DNA of 63,024 bases, counting the filler, from Phoronis australis (lineage: Eukaryota; Animalia; Phoronida): NCBI GenBank assembly GCA_002633005.1. It is 7 parts of 7 records of this genome, joined end to end, with 100 filler letters (N's around TTAATTAATTAA, not from the genome) between each part and the next. Parts side by side here need not be neighbours in the genome. Positions count along the whole stretch, not along the records: positions 1 to 6,250 come from NMRA01002190.1; positions 6,351 to 11,762 come from NMRA01000690.1; positions 11,863 to 19,697 come from NMRA01001973.1; 4 more parts are not named here. The stretch is one strand, 5' to 3'. The translations under genes were made by a program, and so were the position numbers. The notes beneath the pieces were generated by a model, which saw only the letters and a program-made list of their open reading frames with translations, searched no databases and was not told the DNA's origin. Each line of letters begins with the position of its first letter. The first letter of the stretch is position 1. This document shows, piece by piece, positions 1 through 13,626 of this stretch.

Positions 1-14
1 GGAGGACACCGTTC
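1..14 (-). CDS. CCNB3: Cyclin B3, start of coding exon 6 (ERCP…), continues beyond the window
   Basis: ttgttcccccag|GAA CGG TGT CCT CC continues KYD-ERCPP as expected for the cyclin B3 box. Confidence 0.8.
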
Positions 15-456
15 CTGGGGGAACAATAATGTATTCTTTAAGGCCACTTACTTTAATTGGTCATCCAAAAGACAACTTTAAGAACAAATATCTACGTTCA
101 CTAGACCCTGGTTGAAATTGGTCCAGGCTAAAAGTTCGATTTATATCCCTGTGACAATACAGCAGAGATACTGAGTCATGAACGTTTCCATAAGATGCTA
201 CAAAATGAATTTCTATCACACCCAAACAAATCATCCGGGCCATCAGCGAGTATAAAAACGCTGTCCCTTCTGAAAATGCTAGCCATTTCAACTCATTAGC
301 AGGTGGCCTTTCAATTCGTAGTGGAGAAAATTTGACAGGGTGTATATTAGCAAGCGAGAAGGAAGTGTTTCTTTTAACAGTACGCGGCAGGAAAGACAGG
401 TTGCGTCAGTTCAGCACATTTAAACAAGAGAAAGCCATGACGCTTGCTGCACTCAC

Positions 457-687
457 ATCGTATTTGCAGGCTATCAGTAGCGCAGTTGAACCGACTAGCT
501 GCAGGTTCTCCCGGGCAACAGCCTTCTTGCACAGATACTGGTCGACTAACTTGACAGCCAGGTAGAGCGTCTCATGGTTCAGTTCGAAATTCTCTTGTAC
601 TTCAACCATCCAGTCCACAAGGATGGCACGCATGTTCGCAGACAGTGACTTCTGCCGTGGCATGTAGTCATTCACCTTGAACTGCGC
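457..687 (-). CDS. CCNB3: Cyclin B3, coding exon 5, cyclin box (MRAILVDWMVEVQENFELNHETLYLAVKLVD…LQLVGSTALLIACKYD)
   Basis: MRAILVDW cyclin box with the ENFELNHETLYLAVK signature of the B3 subfamily; cag acceptor, gtgagt donor, 231 nt, phase 0. Confidence 0.95.
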
Positions 688-1165
688 CTGAGGGTCATAC
701 GATACGAGGTCAAAATCAAGGCGCATAATCAGCAATTAATAGGTTTTGTCAACCACCTAACAGAAACAAAATCTCGGAACGCTCATTGACTGTTTGAGAT
801 TGAAGTATTTTTCAGCTGCTTATGTCTGTCGCATGTACTGTTGCCACTGCAGTGTTCTCTACAATCAGTTTTTAACTTGACACTTGCATCCAGTTTAAAT
901 ATCCATACAATGAGTTTGAGGTATTGGAAAATTAGTCATTTCTTAAGGAAATTGGGACATTTTGGATTTTTGGCACCAGTTCAATGTAGTTATTCCAAGA
1001 CGTGACGTACAAATTTCCCACAGCATGGACATGAACTGTCAAACATGGACACGAATTTTGTAGCTTTTCCAGTAGATTGAATTTTTTGTTGTGGATAACA
1101 CTGCACTGGTATATGGTTTGTACATAATTAGCCAGAAATACATGCAACCTGTGGTGATTACTTAC

Positions 1166-1388
1166 CTCCCTTGACTTGTAATATTTGAAGATGTCGTTAG
1201 CATAAAGTGGACAGTGATAAGGATCGTTAATATTTTCTTTGTCGATGTCAACAAAGTCGAGCTGGTCAGTAATCTCTTCGATGGCCGCGACTTTTGGTGC
1301 CTCAACTACAGTCTCTACAGTTTCTAGTGAGCTTTGCACCTTGACAACGGACTTAAACTCGATGTCTGAGTCAGAGGACTGTGAAGAG
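1166..1388 (-). CDS. CCNB3: Cyclin B3, coding exon 4 (…VDIDKENINDPYHCPLYANDIFKYYKSRE)
   Basis: cattgcag acceptor (phase 2, consistent with exon 3), GAG|gtaagt donor; typical pre-cyclin-box DxDxE..DP...YA.DIF.Y motif. Confidence 0.9.
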
Positions 1389-1837
1389 CTGCAATGTGCA
1401 TACATTATGTCACAAACCGGGATGAATCTAGACGACCGGATTCAACCCAACATGTTCTCTGTTCCTTCACGTACATATCTCTTCTCTTCATCTAAGGACA
1501 CTTGAGAATTTAAAAAGCAAATTTTATTTGGTCCTGATTACGCATTTTTAAAAAAATCAATTTCCGAAATAAGGTGAGATGCCACTTCTAGTTTTTCATA
1601 ATAGAACCATATCCGTGGTGAATTTCATAAGTGATATTTCTTTTTTCACAGTTGATGTTCAGTTTTGAGATTTTGAATGCATGCTCAATGTTACTGTAAT
1701 AAAATGTTACAAAAGCTTAAAAATTACTTGTCACATCCATGCAAATTTCATTAAGTAATTAAAGGCAGTTGAAACGTGTTATCCAGTATGCATAATCTTA
1801 AGTGCTGATTTTCCTTTCCATTCAATCCTAGATTTAC

Positions 1838-2019
1838 CTATTGCATTCTTGTGATGATGCAGAGGATTGGCTAAGGTGACTCTGCTGTGAACCCTGTGAC
1901 GAATCACTGCACTCATTAGAACTGGACAAGGTCTTGTCGCTGTGCACTTTCACCTTTACTTTCTGAGGTATTTTGCTGCTCTTCTTTGTCTGTTGGCTGC
2001 CCTGCTTGCCTATATATGC
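1838..2019 (-). CDS. CCNB3: Cyclin B3, coding exon 3 (Lys/Ser-rich low-complexity N-terminal region)
   Basis: ttgttgcag acceptor, AG|gtaaat donor, 182 nt (phase 0 to 2); lies within ORF 1834..2163. Confidence 0.8.
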
Positions 2020-2876
2020 CTGCAACAAATCATTATCAACAGTGAAGCAAATGTTATACTTATCCGTGTTCTCCACAACCTGTTTTGACTTGTCACTGCA
2101 TAGAGTGTGAATTTTGCTGTGACAAGTTGGCCTTACTTGGGTTGAGTTTGAAAACGTATGCAATGATTTCGAAGTATTAGAAAATTTGTTATCTCTTCAG
2201 CAAATTAAGACATTTTGGTCTTTTGGTACCAGTTCAGCACATAATTCCACACAAACTCCCCACAGCATGGACATGTACCTTCAAAAATTTAATTCCAGCC
2301 ATGGAGAACACTGCTTATGATTGTGATAGAAATGATAAAACACTCATTGATTCTTAGAGCTAATTAGTTTTGTTCAAATGAAGATGTCAAGCAGACTGAA
2401 ACTTAGTGAACAGCTTTTAAACATTAAAAAGGATACAGCAACAGATAGACACAAATTTTAATTTGGAAAACAACAGCCAACATTTTATTTCAGATAGATA
2501 TTGAAAGAAGAAATTTGCAAAAATAATTAACAAAATTATTTTTTGTCTACATTTCAAAAACTTCTTAACTTTCATTGTTGTGAGAGCTCAGTTTTTAGAA
2601 ATATTGTCAGAAGGCAACCATGGAACAGAACGTGAAAATGGTGAAGCATCAATTTGGCGCTACCGTATGTTTCAGTTAAAAAATGGTAAAACAAAACTTC
2701 ATTTTTTCCTAAATTGGCAAGATCTTACAGTTTGATGATAGGTTACCAAAGCACAATTCTCACGTGGACAACCAACCGCTGAGTGAAAGAGACAGTTTTA
2801 CAATAAATGACTCAACAACCTTTAATTACGGTCATCACAATGTAAACAACAGCCTAATAAACCAAATTTTGCTTAC

Positions 2877-2981
2877 ATTAGTTAGGTCGCCGAATGCCGA
2901 CCGTTTATTGTGTGGTATATTTTCCTGAGAAGATTCATTGTATCTCTTGGTACCACCAGCCTTTCCCACAGGTTTGCCAGC
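2877..2981 (-). CDS. CCNB3: Cyclin B3, coding exon 2 with destruction box (RSAFGDLTN)
   Basis: tttgtttcag acceptor, gtaagc donor, 105 nt, AGKPVGKAGGTKRYNESSQENIPHNKRSAFGDLTN. The RxxFxxxxN D-box is characteristic of cyclin B3. Not in the ORF track. Confidence 0.9.
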
Positions 2982-4182
2982 CTGAAACAAAGCAAGCGCA
3001 TTCAGTGTGTGTACATACAGCAGCCATGAAGATTTGAAGTCACAATTAAATATCTATAGATTCCCCCCCCCACCTTTGTATTACCTCAGGCGAATGAAGG
3101 CTCTGCTGACCGACAGTCAATGGTGGGTTTTTACGTTCTAACACACATCTCTAGTTTGGCGTGATCATGCTAGCGATAAGTTTATGACCGTATTAGCATG
3201 CAACAGCAAAATGTCTGTTGAGGACTTTACGTGACTGAAGGCCTAAACCGGAAAACTCACTGTTGTCATTCCCAAAAACAATATGTGCTATCGCAGGTGT
3301 CTTGTGAGTTACTAGCATACAGCAGATGGCACCAACAACCATAAAATATTGACAGGGTCAGCACAGTGGACATGGTAGTTTGTGATACTGCTGAAAATAT
3401 CTGTCCCATTTCTCTCAATAATAATAAAAAACATACATAAAATTCCAAATTCCTTTTGTTAGGGGGGGATATTGTATTTTTGACGAGGTGAAAACCACTT
3501 ATTCAATGACCACATTTGGGCTACCGTGGGATGAGATTAGTACACAAGATGAGATTAGTACAGAAACCGATGGGAAGTAGAGTATTACAGCCCTCTCCAC
3601 TTTCTCCAGCCAATAGAGAGGCTACATGTAGCCTTCTGTGGAACTTGTTCAGTAACTTATCTACTCTAGACAGTAACCACCATCTCGACTGGCCTTTGAG
3701 ATGGTGAAGTTAATACAGTAATAGGTGCTTCATATGCCACAAGCTTTTCGGCTAATTATGCTTCACACTCACACTGATTAAAACATCAAAGTCATGTTGT
3801 TATAACTAAGCTACTAAGCACCTGACCATTTTTCCACAGTGTAAGCCAGGGGACATGATGTCCTAGCAGGCGCAGTAAAAATAGGAGCTAGCGCAATGTA
3901 AAAATGGTCAGTTGTCTATTTGGCCAATAGTTTGATAACGGGAGTATTTGATCAAATTGGAAGGAATTAAAGACAATTATGGCCTCTTCTATGCACAAAA
4001 GGTACTTATAACAATGTGACTTTGACGTTTTAATCAGTGCGAGACATTCGCTGAAAAGCTTCAGACGCATGCCTAACCGTAGGGTCATGACAGCTAGAGT
4101 CGAGATAGTGGTCACTGACGACTTATCCTGCTGATCATATTCACAGCACCGAAGCAAATTTTAGACAATTTATGGTACTTAC

Positions 4183-4266
4183 CTGTCCAGCCATTCCGGG
4201 AACTTTCTTCGCCACATCATCTCCACGATTGGGGATGGTTCGAAGAGTTCTCCTCGTTGAAGCCAT
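4183..4266 (-). CDS. CCNB3: Cyclin B3, coding exon 1 (MASTRRTLRTIPNRGDDVAKKVPGMAGQ)
   Basis: ATG at 4266-4264, preceded by a ttttaaacag acceptor (5'UTR intron); 84 nt open; ends CAG|gtaagt; phase 0 matches the next exon. Confidence 0.75.
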
Positions 4267-4499
4267 CACAAGCTGTTTAAAAATTCGAAATGAAATACGG
4301 GTCCAGGAAGTTCAAGTTCCAAGCAACTGCGGTCAAAATGTGGGAAATTAAATTAACGTTAAACAACTTGGCTCAGTTCTTGAATCCTTCTTTTATGTCT
4401 GTGACAGTGTTAGGATCCAACAACTGACATTCTGAATACCTAGTCACGGATAAAAATCGCAGAACCTTTGTTTTCAATAACAACCTTCTTGTGAAACAC

Positions 4500-4580
4500 G
4501 TTTGAAATGAGTGCAGTCAACACCGACGATTTAAAAACACAATATGATTGGTCAACGAGATATTTGTGTCCAATCACAGT
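4500..4580 (-). promoter_or_regulatory. Putative G2/M-type cyclin B3 promoter: CHR-like TTTAAA/TTTGAA plus two CCAAT boxes and an Inr
   Basis: ATTGG 4547-4551, CCAAT 4570-4574, TTTAAA 4530-4535, TTTGAA 4501-4506, minus-strand TCATTT Inr-like at ~4510; locally CpG-richer; about 250 bp upstream of the ATG exon. Confidence 0.5.
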
Positions 4581-6250
4581 TCTTCTCTTAAAAACATCGA
4601 AGTTCGACACGCCTCCGTCAGATGGTGTTTTACCACCAGATGTCGCAATCAGTAATCAACAGAAAACTTTTTGAGAAGTTCTTGGAACAGTTTTGCGGTA
4701 TGTAAATAAATCACAAATACTTATTTTCATTGAATAATCGTAAAAATTTCTTTCAAAATGTGCACAAAATATGTATGTATGACAGTTGGTCTCAGCCACG
4801 AGTAGCTTGCTGATTTAGTTGTAGATGTAAAGGAACCGACCGAACCTGTGGCCTCTGGCTCTGACCATGGGCTGCCAGGGCATCATGCATGGCCATGGGC
4901 ATGGTCATGGATGGGTCTGGATGTACGGTCCATGTGCCACCGGCCTGCCTATCCTAGCCGTTCAGGTCGGAGTCACCTCGCAGGAAAAATATTTAAACAT
5001 TGCTATAACTTTGAAGGAATAAGTAAATTTATCTCACAGTCATTGATTGGTGTTCTTGGTTTTATCTTATGCATAAATTCTGAAAATTATGGAGCAGCTG
5101 GTTGATATCTGAATCACTGAATGTAAGTTGAGGTTTTGCTGCCTTGTGCCTTGACCTAGTTACATAATTGAGATTGACTCTTTGTCAGCTAGCTGTCTGC
5201 CTTTGTGAAGTAACATAGTCATGTGCCTCCACCAGGGGCACCCACTTACTGTCTGCCCTATCTCAATGACTTAGCTATGTCAACGATCTCTGAATTGAAG
5301 CCCACTGTATATAGTTTTAAACTTGTTATAGTTGTTCTCTCCTTTGTTGATCTCAATTGTTATACAGTGAAATAATAATGTGGAGAGAGTGTGGTCTCGT
5401 GAACCAGGAAGAAGAAGATAAACTTTGAAGTTTGAATTTGAGATTGAAATAATTTTTCAATCAAAACAAAAACTTTATGTTGGGAATTTACCAGTGATTG
5501 AAATCATTTTGCACATTCATTTTGACTCTAAAGACAATTTAAGATGTGACACCAATTTTGGTGTAGTGCAAACCACTAGCTGTTTAATGGCAAGTGTTTT
5601 AGTTGGGATCACTCTGACAACAATGCCTCGCCAGGCAAACACAAAATATTGTGCAAGTAATTACACAAGAAACAATTTAACCATATCATTAATATAAGTA
5701 TTTACTACAGTGATAATTAAATGGATAACTACCTAGGTTGGAAGAATAATTATTCACAAAACTTTTCATTGAAAGTAGAATCTCCCACCAAAGTTCATGT
5801 TGCCAAGGTCACTGTAAATCGGCCATGAGTGGGTCTTTGCCTTTCTGCACTCATACTGCTCTAAATCCAAAAATGAAACTTTCGAAAGGTGTTAGAATTT
5901 TAGGGCCTGGTTGATGTTTAATGAGCTGAAATGTTTGTTAAGTCTTATCTCTTAAATGCAAGCTTTTTTGACTTCGCCAAATAGAGATGGTGATGCTCCC
6001 ATTGGGTCTTCATATGCCTGAATTTTTTGTGCGAATTATGCCTCAAACTGATTAAACCATCAAAGTCACGTTCAACTTCTGCTCATAGATGGACACCTTA
6101 GGAGTCTGTTGACATCTTTAATTAATTCCTTCCAACTTGAACAAACTACTCCCGTACTTTTTGGAGCAGTCCATCATTCAGTTGCCCTAATCGGCAAGTG
6201 GTCATTTTTACTAGTACATTGCACGCGCCTGGGGATATGATGTCATATCT

Positions 6251-6350
6251 NNNNNNNNNNNNNNNNNNNNNNNNNNNNNNNNNNNNNNNNNNNNTTAATT
6301 AATTAANNNNNNNNNNNNNNNNNNNNNNNNNNNNNNNNNNNNNNNNNNNN
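6251..6350. other. Assembly gap with synthetic linker N44-TTAATTAATTAA-N44 (also at 11763-11862, 19698-19797, 25505-25604, 50621-50720, 59207-59306)
   Basis: Six identical 100-nt spacers; TTAATTAATTAA gives stop codons in all six frames, a contig-joining artefact. Confidence 0.97.
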
Positions 6351-7606
6351 CAGTCACTGACACCAGTTGCACCGGCAAATTTTCGTCTGACGATGACGAT
6401 GACTGGGTATCACTTTGTGTTGCCTCGGCTCAAACAGGTATCCCAGGTGACCCGACATTTCACACTAAAATTTCTTATTCCGACAATATGAAGAACGCTA
6501 CTTGATTGCACGCTAACACAGGACAGTGACTTTGCCCCCGCCAAATACGTCCCGAGACTAAGCAGCGCTCCAAGCCGGTAATTTTTTTAGCTTCTTTAGA
6601 GAATATAAGTTTAATTTATGGTGTTGAATTATTTGTGAAATTAATCAACAATTCATTGAAAACTATCCAGAATTTATTCAGAATAAATTACAGTTCCCTT
6701 TTAAGGTTACAGTAGTATTTAAGAGTGAAGTACGGTTCCCAGCAGCAAAAATGCCCAAATGGGTGATAAACCCAATGTCACGGATTTAAACCACACTATG
6801 CATTTTATGTATCTTTGGGATGATAAACTAAACGGTAAACTCCAATCTTATTAGTTTTTACTTTGTTTCAGGAACAAAAATCAGGGACTCTCTATTTTGG
6901 GGGTAAACCATGCAGTAGACGCAACGAAAATGGCTTATTTGCAATGCATAATGGAAAGTAGCGGTGCACAAGATAATTATTTGTCTGTAATTTTTAAATA
7001 AATCTCATTAACTTTGTCGCTAAGTTCAAAATTTCAGGCTTAATGTCAGAGGTTTACAAACCATTACAATTTCCCCGCATTTTGACCCCGTATATCTCAG
7101 TTGGCCCAGCACTAATCAACTCCAGCCTTTTTCACAAGACGTTTCTATTTCAGTTAAGTTGATTGATACAAAAAAATTTTCTGGTAGAGAGTATTTCGTT
7201 AAAGAAATCGCAAACTAGTGGCAACCACGTAGGTGTAAATTACCTTCAATACCGATACCTGTTTGGAACACCAATTAAGTGCTTGGTTTTGATTCAAAAG
7301 TCGTTTTATTTATGTTTAGATTAGTGTCGTAAAGTAAGGCGCATTTGTTTAAGTCATTTTTTATTTTCACCTAAATTGCACGTTTTTCGTGAACCCAGTA
7401 TCCAGCAAAAGATGTCACTTTAGGGGTGGCAAATTGTCCAACGATCCTGTGTTACAGTTTTAAAGTAGAATGCCACCCGTGTTAATTTGTCTTTTACCGT
7501 CTTACTCGGTCTATATCAACATCGCCTCTTATACGGTCGATAACACCTTGCCGAACGGTGTCCCTTTAACCTGTGTGGGAAGGTAAGAAACCACGCAGCG
7601 ACGTCA

Positions 7607-7870
7607 GTGGTTCATCTGCAGAGTGAATTCCGCTATATTGCTTGGATCTTTTCCCCATGTCGGATCTATGAAGCTGCGAGAAAAGCGGGTATATCGTTTT
7701 TTCGACTTCTTCGAGAGTCCAAAATGCTTGGGAAGTGGCTCGCGGTAGTGAAGAATGAAAAGTACGCTGTCAATAGGAAGTATGAGGCCGTAAAACATCT
7801 CCGCTTCTGTAGCCGGCATTTCATCGACAGTGATTTCTCTTACGATTTTCGGCTTACCAAAAAACTACTG
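7607..7870 (+). pseudogene. Degenerate THAP zinc-finger domain (DNA transposon-derived)
   Basis: GISFFRL…KMLGKWLAVVK…LRFCSRHFIDSDF matches the THAP pattern SFFRFP…W…CSxHF; the N-terminal Cys pair and conserved Pro are eroded and there is no ATG start. Confidence 0.65.
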
Positions 7871-8960
7871 TATCCATATGTTCCGTTGCTTGTGCATGTT
7901 CACGGCGCCTCTGTATTATTCAGGGATCAGTGTATTTTTGTTCGAACTGATAACCTCTGAAACTTAACGCCGTGATGTCTTCGCCCGATGAGCGCTCGAC
8001 TACTTCGGAATTGGCGCCCGGCGAGTTCCCATGTAGAAGTTTATTATTCTGCGTTCTGTTTCAAAATGAATTATTCTCACCCTAACCAATGCTTACATAA
8101 AAATGTTTCCCTCATTATATATACAATGTGTAATTCCTTTGAAGTATTCACGGGCACAAATGTTCTGAGAAGTCAGCAATGAATAAATCACTGTGGGTGG
8201 GATTCTCCCTTAACGAATATGATGAAGCGTGATGAAATGTGTGGCACGACAAAAGATTAACCTGTGCACATGTATGAAATGTTGGTGCAGCATAAAATGA
8301 GTATGAAGTCATCACACCTACAGTCTGAATGACAAATGATTTTGAATACAGTCGGACAATTTACGGATGGCGAAATGCGTGTTCACCGGACTTGTGTGTT
8401 ACAGTGTCCAAGGCAAGAGCAAGACATCGGGCTCACTCAGATATTCGAAATCTCTAAAAACCATGTAGACTGTGCAAACATCCAGTTCATGAGCAGTAAC
8501 TCGCGTGCCAAGCTTGAGATGCTGGTTGAAAGGAAGACTACTTACTGCTACTGGAACACAACAATGCATGTAATATTTCCCGTTGGATCCGCTGGCGAGT
8601 AGCCTAGTAGTAGTACTACTTTGTGATTTGTTTGGATTTATAGTTATCACACGATAGTAGCATTTTGGCAGTAATAGTCAGCTCTATAAATACCTGATTT
8701 GAGAACCAATGGTAATTATCCCAAAACCTTGCAGTAAAAATACATGTAACTGGTTCTTCTAATCTTCCAGGAAATTCACAAACTGAGAGACCATGCACGT
8801 AAATGTATTAAAAATGTAATTCTTGTTTTTGAACTGTATAGAAGCAGAGCTTTTTATTGATCCAACTGATGAAATGCAGTATGCTTTCATCGCTGTAAAG
8901 AGCTGATGAACAGTCTTGAGTTCCTACCCTTACAAAAATGAGCTAAAGTTTTCATTCACG

Positions 8961-9330
8961 AAAACTTAAGTTTTTGGCGAAAACTTAAGTATTTTGGAAC
9001 AAGTTTTTTGGAACAAACTTAAGTTTTTGAAAAACTTGGGTTTTTCAAAAACTTGAACGAACTTAAGTTTTTGAAAAACTTGGGTTTTTCAAAAACTTAA
9101 GTTTTCTGAAAACTTAAGTTTTAAAAACTTAACTTCGTTCCAAAAAACTTGTTCCGAAATACCTAAGTTTTTGGAAAACTTAAGTTTCAGAAACTTAAGT
9201 TTTTGAAAAACTTAAGTTTTGGAACAAGTTTTAGTAACAAACATAAGTCATCAAAACTTAACTTTTTGAAAACTAAGTTTTACGAACATAAGTTTTCAAG
9301 GAGCTAACTTTTGAAAACTGAAGTTTTCTA
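8961..9330. repeat. Array of palindromic AAAACTTAAGTTTT-like units with an internal ~190-bp foldback
   Basis: More than 15 exact or degenerate copies of the 14-bp palindrome; 8980-9035 is an imperfect inverted copy of 9115-9172. Confidence 0.85.
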
Positions 9331-10210
9331 AAAGCAATAAGTTTCAATAGGACAGGCATTCAAAAATTACGACTTTCACTAAAACAAGAGTGGAGTACAG
9401 TAACAAATTTAATGATTCTCATAACAAACTAGAGATTTATTAACAGTTCATTAACAGTGATTAATTGCAGAAAATAAAATGCACTTCCTAAAATACACTA
9501 GTTCCTTAAAATAAGTGAACATAAGTAAAAAATCAAAATCTTAAAAACCAGAAACATTTCAAAAATCAGTTCATCAAGTGTCATGCATACAATGCAGTGA
9601 AAACTAAATGAGGCTGATAATAAATTCATATTTGCATCGTTCTCAGTCTATGACAATTATGCGATAACTGAGGGAGCAAAATGGAATGTACAAACAGAGA
9701 AATAACTACCAAATCATGAAACACAACCAGAGAAAATGTGATTACATAGCCAGGAAGGACTACAACAAAAGTCTACGTTTCAACAGCAGACTTTTTCAAT
9801 TAAAATTACTGCAATGACACCAAAAATAAAAAATCACTTAATATGCAAAATCCATGAATATCTGCAGAGACAAAAGCATAACATAAAACGTAACAGGTAA
9901 CTAAAAGTTTTTCGACAATGGCCACAGGTCTGATTTTGAGAAGTACAATCCTTATGCTAGAAATAGTGCCCAGAATCACCTATAATTGTTTTCAACCTTA
10001 AAAATATCAATTTAAAAGTCAAAGTTTCGTTTTGTTTACAATCATAACAGAAAATCCAATACACTCCATGGTGCGAACAAGTTTCACTAAAAGTAACCTT
10101 AAGTACAACCTGGTTATACGAGATGGAAAATAGAAAACTTAGACCTTTGACCACAAAAATATTCTTTTTCCTTTAATTTAAAGCTACTGAACTTCATACA
10201 CATATCTATA

Positions 10211-10693
10211 GGGCCTTTCATACTAACATCGACGCGTCGAAGTTTTTGGGAGTTAATGTCAGTATGAACACTTAAATTTTGGTCCTGGAAGGAAGTAACT
10301 TCGCACTAAACAGGTGGATTTAATTGCTTAGCGTAAACGCTGCCACGCAGTATAAACAATCAACTTTGGTCCTATCGAAGTTATTGCCAGGGGCCACTGT
10401 TATCATTAACAATTGCATAGTGGTGTGATGGCTAATAGTTGCTTATTCCTTGCTCTAATAATCACCAATCAATTTAAAAATAAGTTTTATGTGCATTAAC
10501 ACATGTAAATTTTCCCAAGTTGTCACATCATAGCGTAAAGTGCTACCTTGCGGTACCTTCGATCACGACAGCGTCACCTACTGTTTACTTCGAAGTTCAT
10601 TAACTACCGAAGCCAGAATGAACGGTCCAGTTAACTTCGCAGTATACGCCGATGCTCCACTCAGACACGAGTTAAGTCAATGTGAAAGGGCTC
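10211..10693. mobile_element. Non-autonomous DNA transposon (MITE) with imperfect ~18-bp TIRs
   Basis: TA|GGGCCTTTCATACTAAC … GTCAATGTGAAAGGGCTC|TA; no ORF. Confidence 0.55.
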
Positions 10694-12613
10694 TACGCTA
10701 GACCACAAGCCACTTAATCTTCTTTAGCTGGATCTGCTTGCTTAGATTCACAGGCAAATAATCCATGTTTTGTGACTACAAACGCGTGTTTCTGAGCTCA
10801 GAGAACTGAATTCATAGGTTCATGAGCTGCAGTTCGTAAGTGCGTTCGTTGTGTTGTCTGGGTAGCCTTCCTTATCCAACGATTGTTGAAGGCACACTCC
10901 GCAATAAAGACGATAAATTTTAACAACAGACGGGTAAAAGCTATCAGTATAAGACAACTTAACTTGCTGGATATTTATTGTCCTGTTTAAACAACACTGG
11001 TTTGTAAAAAATCCTGACTTATATACAGAGCCTAGAAAATATTCTTCAAACTCAAAATTTAACCAATCACTCTCCAGGATTCAAGTGCAAGACTAGTCTG
11101 CAAGTTTACTTCAAGCATGCACTGCAGTGGGTCAGTTTTCCACATACTGTTTTGAATGAAGTTTTAATCCTGGATTCGCAACATTCAAAACAATTTTATT
11201 CGATACAACTTGAATACAAAACATGCACATGGTCACCTTTCATACTATCACAATCTAGAAGAATCCGTGCATATGACAAAACTTAATGTGTTAATAAAAG
11301 TTGGACTTCAGGCTAACCAGGTATCGTGTTCTGTAAGTTTTTAGTTCAAGTGCTAATTAATATTTTTATCAAATGATGAAACTGTTGTCAACTGCAATAA
11401 ACTACAATTCCCACTATTTTATGAACTTTTAATTGTTTAATTCGTTAATCTGATAAGAAAATGCACAAGTCTACATAATGAGCAGAGCTAGTTGTATTCT
11501 AACTAGCTGTCTCCAGCCAGCATGTAACTTCTTACTGATATTTCATGGACATTTAGCCGGCACAACCAGGGTTAGAACTGAAAGTTTAATCTCACATGTA
11601 TACTTCCGCATGTACTTTTTGAAACTTATAGCAAAACCAAGAAGCTTTACATTGACTTGACCAAATGGCTACAAGAATCAGTGAGCTTGTTAAAGATTAT
11701 ACCGTATTCGCCGTAATCACCGCCCAGGGCGCTTAGATAAGTTCAGTTCAGGGGGGGGGGGGNNNNNNNNNNNNNNNNNNNNNNNNNNNNNNNNNNNNNN
11801 NNNNNNTTAATTAATTAANNNNNNNNNNNNNNNNNNNNNNNNNNNNNNNNNNNNNNNNNNNNGAGGCCCGCCTAAGTGCTACGCCCGGGCCTGCCACTGA
11901 TGATATTAGTGGGTGTTATTGTGAACTTAGTGAACGTGTCAAAGTGAAAGATGCAGACAAAGTATCTGGTGTAAATTATCTCCCCAGTTGCCACGCCGTT
12001 TCTCGGTGACCGGTAGCCAGTTGAATGAAAACGTCCCATCTTCGTTCCCTAAATTTTAATGCATAAGAAACAAAGACTCAGTTTTTTGGGTATGGTATTG
12101 GAAATGTCACAAGTAAAGTAGTTGCTTACATGAAAGATGATGTGTTAGAAAATTATAACATCTGTGAGAAAACACAGACACAAATGGACTGATGACTTGG
12201 GGGCCACAAACTTGGTTGGGTCTCTGTTTGGGGCTGTTTGATGCAACAAGGTCCAGAGCTTTTTCTAACATCTTGTACAAAATTTCATGGGCATATTGCG
12301 ACAGACTGTGGCATAAATTAACCTGCAGAAATCAAAGTATGAGTATTGCTAAAATTCGTGCAAACCTTTTTCTGCTGTGTTTCTCGTTGCTGCAATAGGT
12401 GCAAATTTTTGACAACTTCTAGCTGCTTATCACATCCATCAGTGTACCAGTCTCCCATTGAAACGTTTCATTGGTGATTCCTTGACAGATTGTAAATGAA
12501 CTTTAGCCATTGTTTCTGTTTTAGGTACTACCATGGAAGAGTAAGGCTATAATCAGTCTTTATTAAATCAATATCGCTAAACCAAGACTATGCTGCCGAT
12601 CTGAGAGGTTGAG

Positions 12614-13447
<834 letters not shown>

Positions 13448-13626
13448 AGAAGGCGTGAAACTCAGTAAGCATGTACTCTGTCTAGAAAGTCATATTCAAC
13501 CAATTATTGTCCTGAATGTCTCCTGAAATCTCACTCTTCATGTTGCGATTTGAACAGTGGTGTCTAGTGAGAAACCACTAAAGGCACTCTGTGATCTGAA
13601 ATAAGAGTGAAGATACAGTCTGGCTA

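Noticed and set aside
1450-1502. Extra cyclin B3 exon (SLDEEKR) after an acceptor at ~1502
   Set aside because: The required phase 2 gives an immediate TGA; exons 3 and 4 already join in frame.
6295-6306. Recurrent TTAATTAATTAA palindrome (six times) as a biological motif
   Set aside because: Always centred in an identical 100-nt N-spacer; it is an artificial six-frame stop linker. Adjacency across these gaps is therefore not guaranteed.
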